Below are positions 35,545 to 36,411 of a DNA stretch of 36,411 nt, in pieces. Position 1 is the stretch's first letter, and every line of letters begins with the position of its first letter. The notes beneath the pieces are model-generated. The model saw nothing but the letters and a program-made list of their open reading frames with translations, was not told where the DNA came from and ran no database searches. The stretch is from Planctomycetota bacterium. Lineage in GTDB: Bacteria; Planctomycetota; UBA11346. Both the position numbers and the translations under genes were made by a program. Location: assembly GCA_038231435.1 (NCBI GenBank), contig JBBRLJ010000049.1:1-36411 (forward strand), given 5' to 3'.

Positions 35545-36240
35545 GTGAGCGTTCCGCCGATCCCTGCTTTCCGCGACCTGGTCAAACGCCGCGGCCTGGC
35601 CCGAGTGGTCCGACTGCAGATGGTAGCGGCAGCGCTGGCCGTGGCGGCGCCACGGACGGCGGCGGCCGATACCGAAGCACCCCGTCCGGACGACCGTTCC
35701 CCGCGCGGAGAGCTGTCGCTCGACGTTGATACGCTGCCCAAGCACTACCGGCTCGCCTGTCCGGATCGCGACGGCGGCGTCCAGCACAGCGCTGGCGAAT
35801 GGGACGATTACCTGGACGCCAGCCTGTGCTGGCGGCCCGCCCACGCGCATCGTCCGTGGGTGTTCGGGCTGGCGCTGCACGGTTCTGGCGCGCGCGAGGG
35901 CGCGCTGCGCGCCTACGACGCCGGACTCGGATTCGATGTCGGCGTCGAACTCATCGATCCGCGTCGCTCGCCGCCGATCCGGCTCGCCGCCATCGGCCGC
36001 TACAGCGGCGGCATCCTCGGCATCCTCGGTTACGCGAACGGCGTCGCGCTCCAGCGCGCCATGGAGACTTCTACCTGCGGCGTGGGCATCGAGGCCGAAG
36101 TCGGCGGCTCAACCGGCCCCCAGCTCGGAGCCGCGCTCGGTTACCAATACCAGTTCATCACCGATGTCCTGCCCCGCGTCCACCTCGCTGGCGTCCAGCA
36201 CGGGCCGGTGGCCTCCATCATCGTGGGGTGGCGCTGGTAG
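35545..36240 (+). CDS. Probable outer-membrane beta-barrel protein
   Basis: Signal-like N-terminus, alternating hydrophobic strands (WVFGLALHG, LGFDVGVEL, LGAALGYQYQF) and an aromatic C-terminus IIVGWRW. TACGCT lies 6 nt before GTG 35545. Confidence 0.62.
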   Translation: MSVPPIPAFRDLVKRRGLARVVRLQMVAAALAVAAPRTAAADTEAPRPDDRSPRGELSLDVDTLPKHYRLACPDRDGGVQHSAGEWDDYLDASLCWRPAHAHRPWVFGLALHGSGAREGALRAYDAGLGFDVGVELIDPRRSPPIRLAAIGRYSGGILGILGYANGVALQRAMETSTCGVGIEAEVGGSTGPQLGAALGYQYQFITDVLPRVHLAGVQHGPVASIIVGWRW

Positions 36241-36411
36241 CTTTTTGTTTCGGGGGCTCCGCCCCCGAGCCCCCGCGCTCCTTTGTCGCGCCTCTTTTTG
36301 GCGCTGCGCCAAAAAGTTTGCGTGATGGGCGGGGCCCATTATTCACGCAAACCGGCGCTCGGCGGACGCTCGCGGCTTGCGCCGCTCGGGGTTATGCGGG
36401 GGCGTTGCCCC
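36241..36411 (+). repeat. Structured multi-hairpin intergenic repeat, copy B plus the start of a further unit
   Basis: TCGGGGGC-tcc-GCCCCCGA (36250-36268), CTTTTTGGCG-ctg-CGCCAAAAAG (36294-36316), GTTTGCGTGA...TCACGCAAAC (36316-36352) with inner ATGGGC/GCCCAT. ATGCGGGGGCGTTGCCCC (36394-36411) matches 13-30 at 17/18. Confidence 0.72.

Noticed and set aside
13..36411. Whole window as a mobile element or circle bounded by direct repeats
   Set aside because: The terminal match is only 17/18 bp within a dispersed repeat family, and no integrase, transposase, replication or phage genes are present.

Overview
High-GC (roughly 70% by eye) bacterial DNA. Its gene content (prepilin-type N-methylation proteins ending in H-X9-DG, several LacI/AraC regulators, large secreted glycoside hydrolases with CBM9-like tails, a Hanks-type kinase, a HEAT-repeat protein) points to a Planctomycetota/PVC organism; this assignment is inference. 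I can support 27 protein genes and see no rRNA, tRNA, CRISPR array or transposase. The main theme is two separate copies of one module: a LacI regulator, a large secreted GH with a C-terminal CBM9-like domain and a pilin-like H-X9-DG protein, each beside an AT-rich control region with candidate LacI operators (1938-8011 and 24198-30183). This resembles a polysaccharide-utilisation locus in which a pilin-like protein stands where SusC/SusD would be. Three divergent AraC/enzyme pairs also occur (two with PhyH-type dioxygenases, one with a GH2). Other observations: (1) a multi-hairpin repeat of about 125-145 bp at both window ends that keeps its base pairing despite sequence change; (2) a dozen genes with a -10 hexamer 5-8 nt before the start codon, suggesting leaderless mRNAs; (3) an intact-looking pseudokinase; (4) a Rieske protein with an unexplained helical body; (5) an uncharacterised secreted protein; (6) two small basic proteins; (7) intergenic 7-mer and 8-mer repeat tracts. 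Product calls come from motif recognition only; no database search was run.
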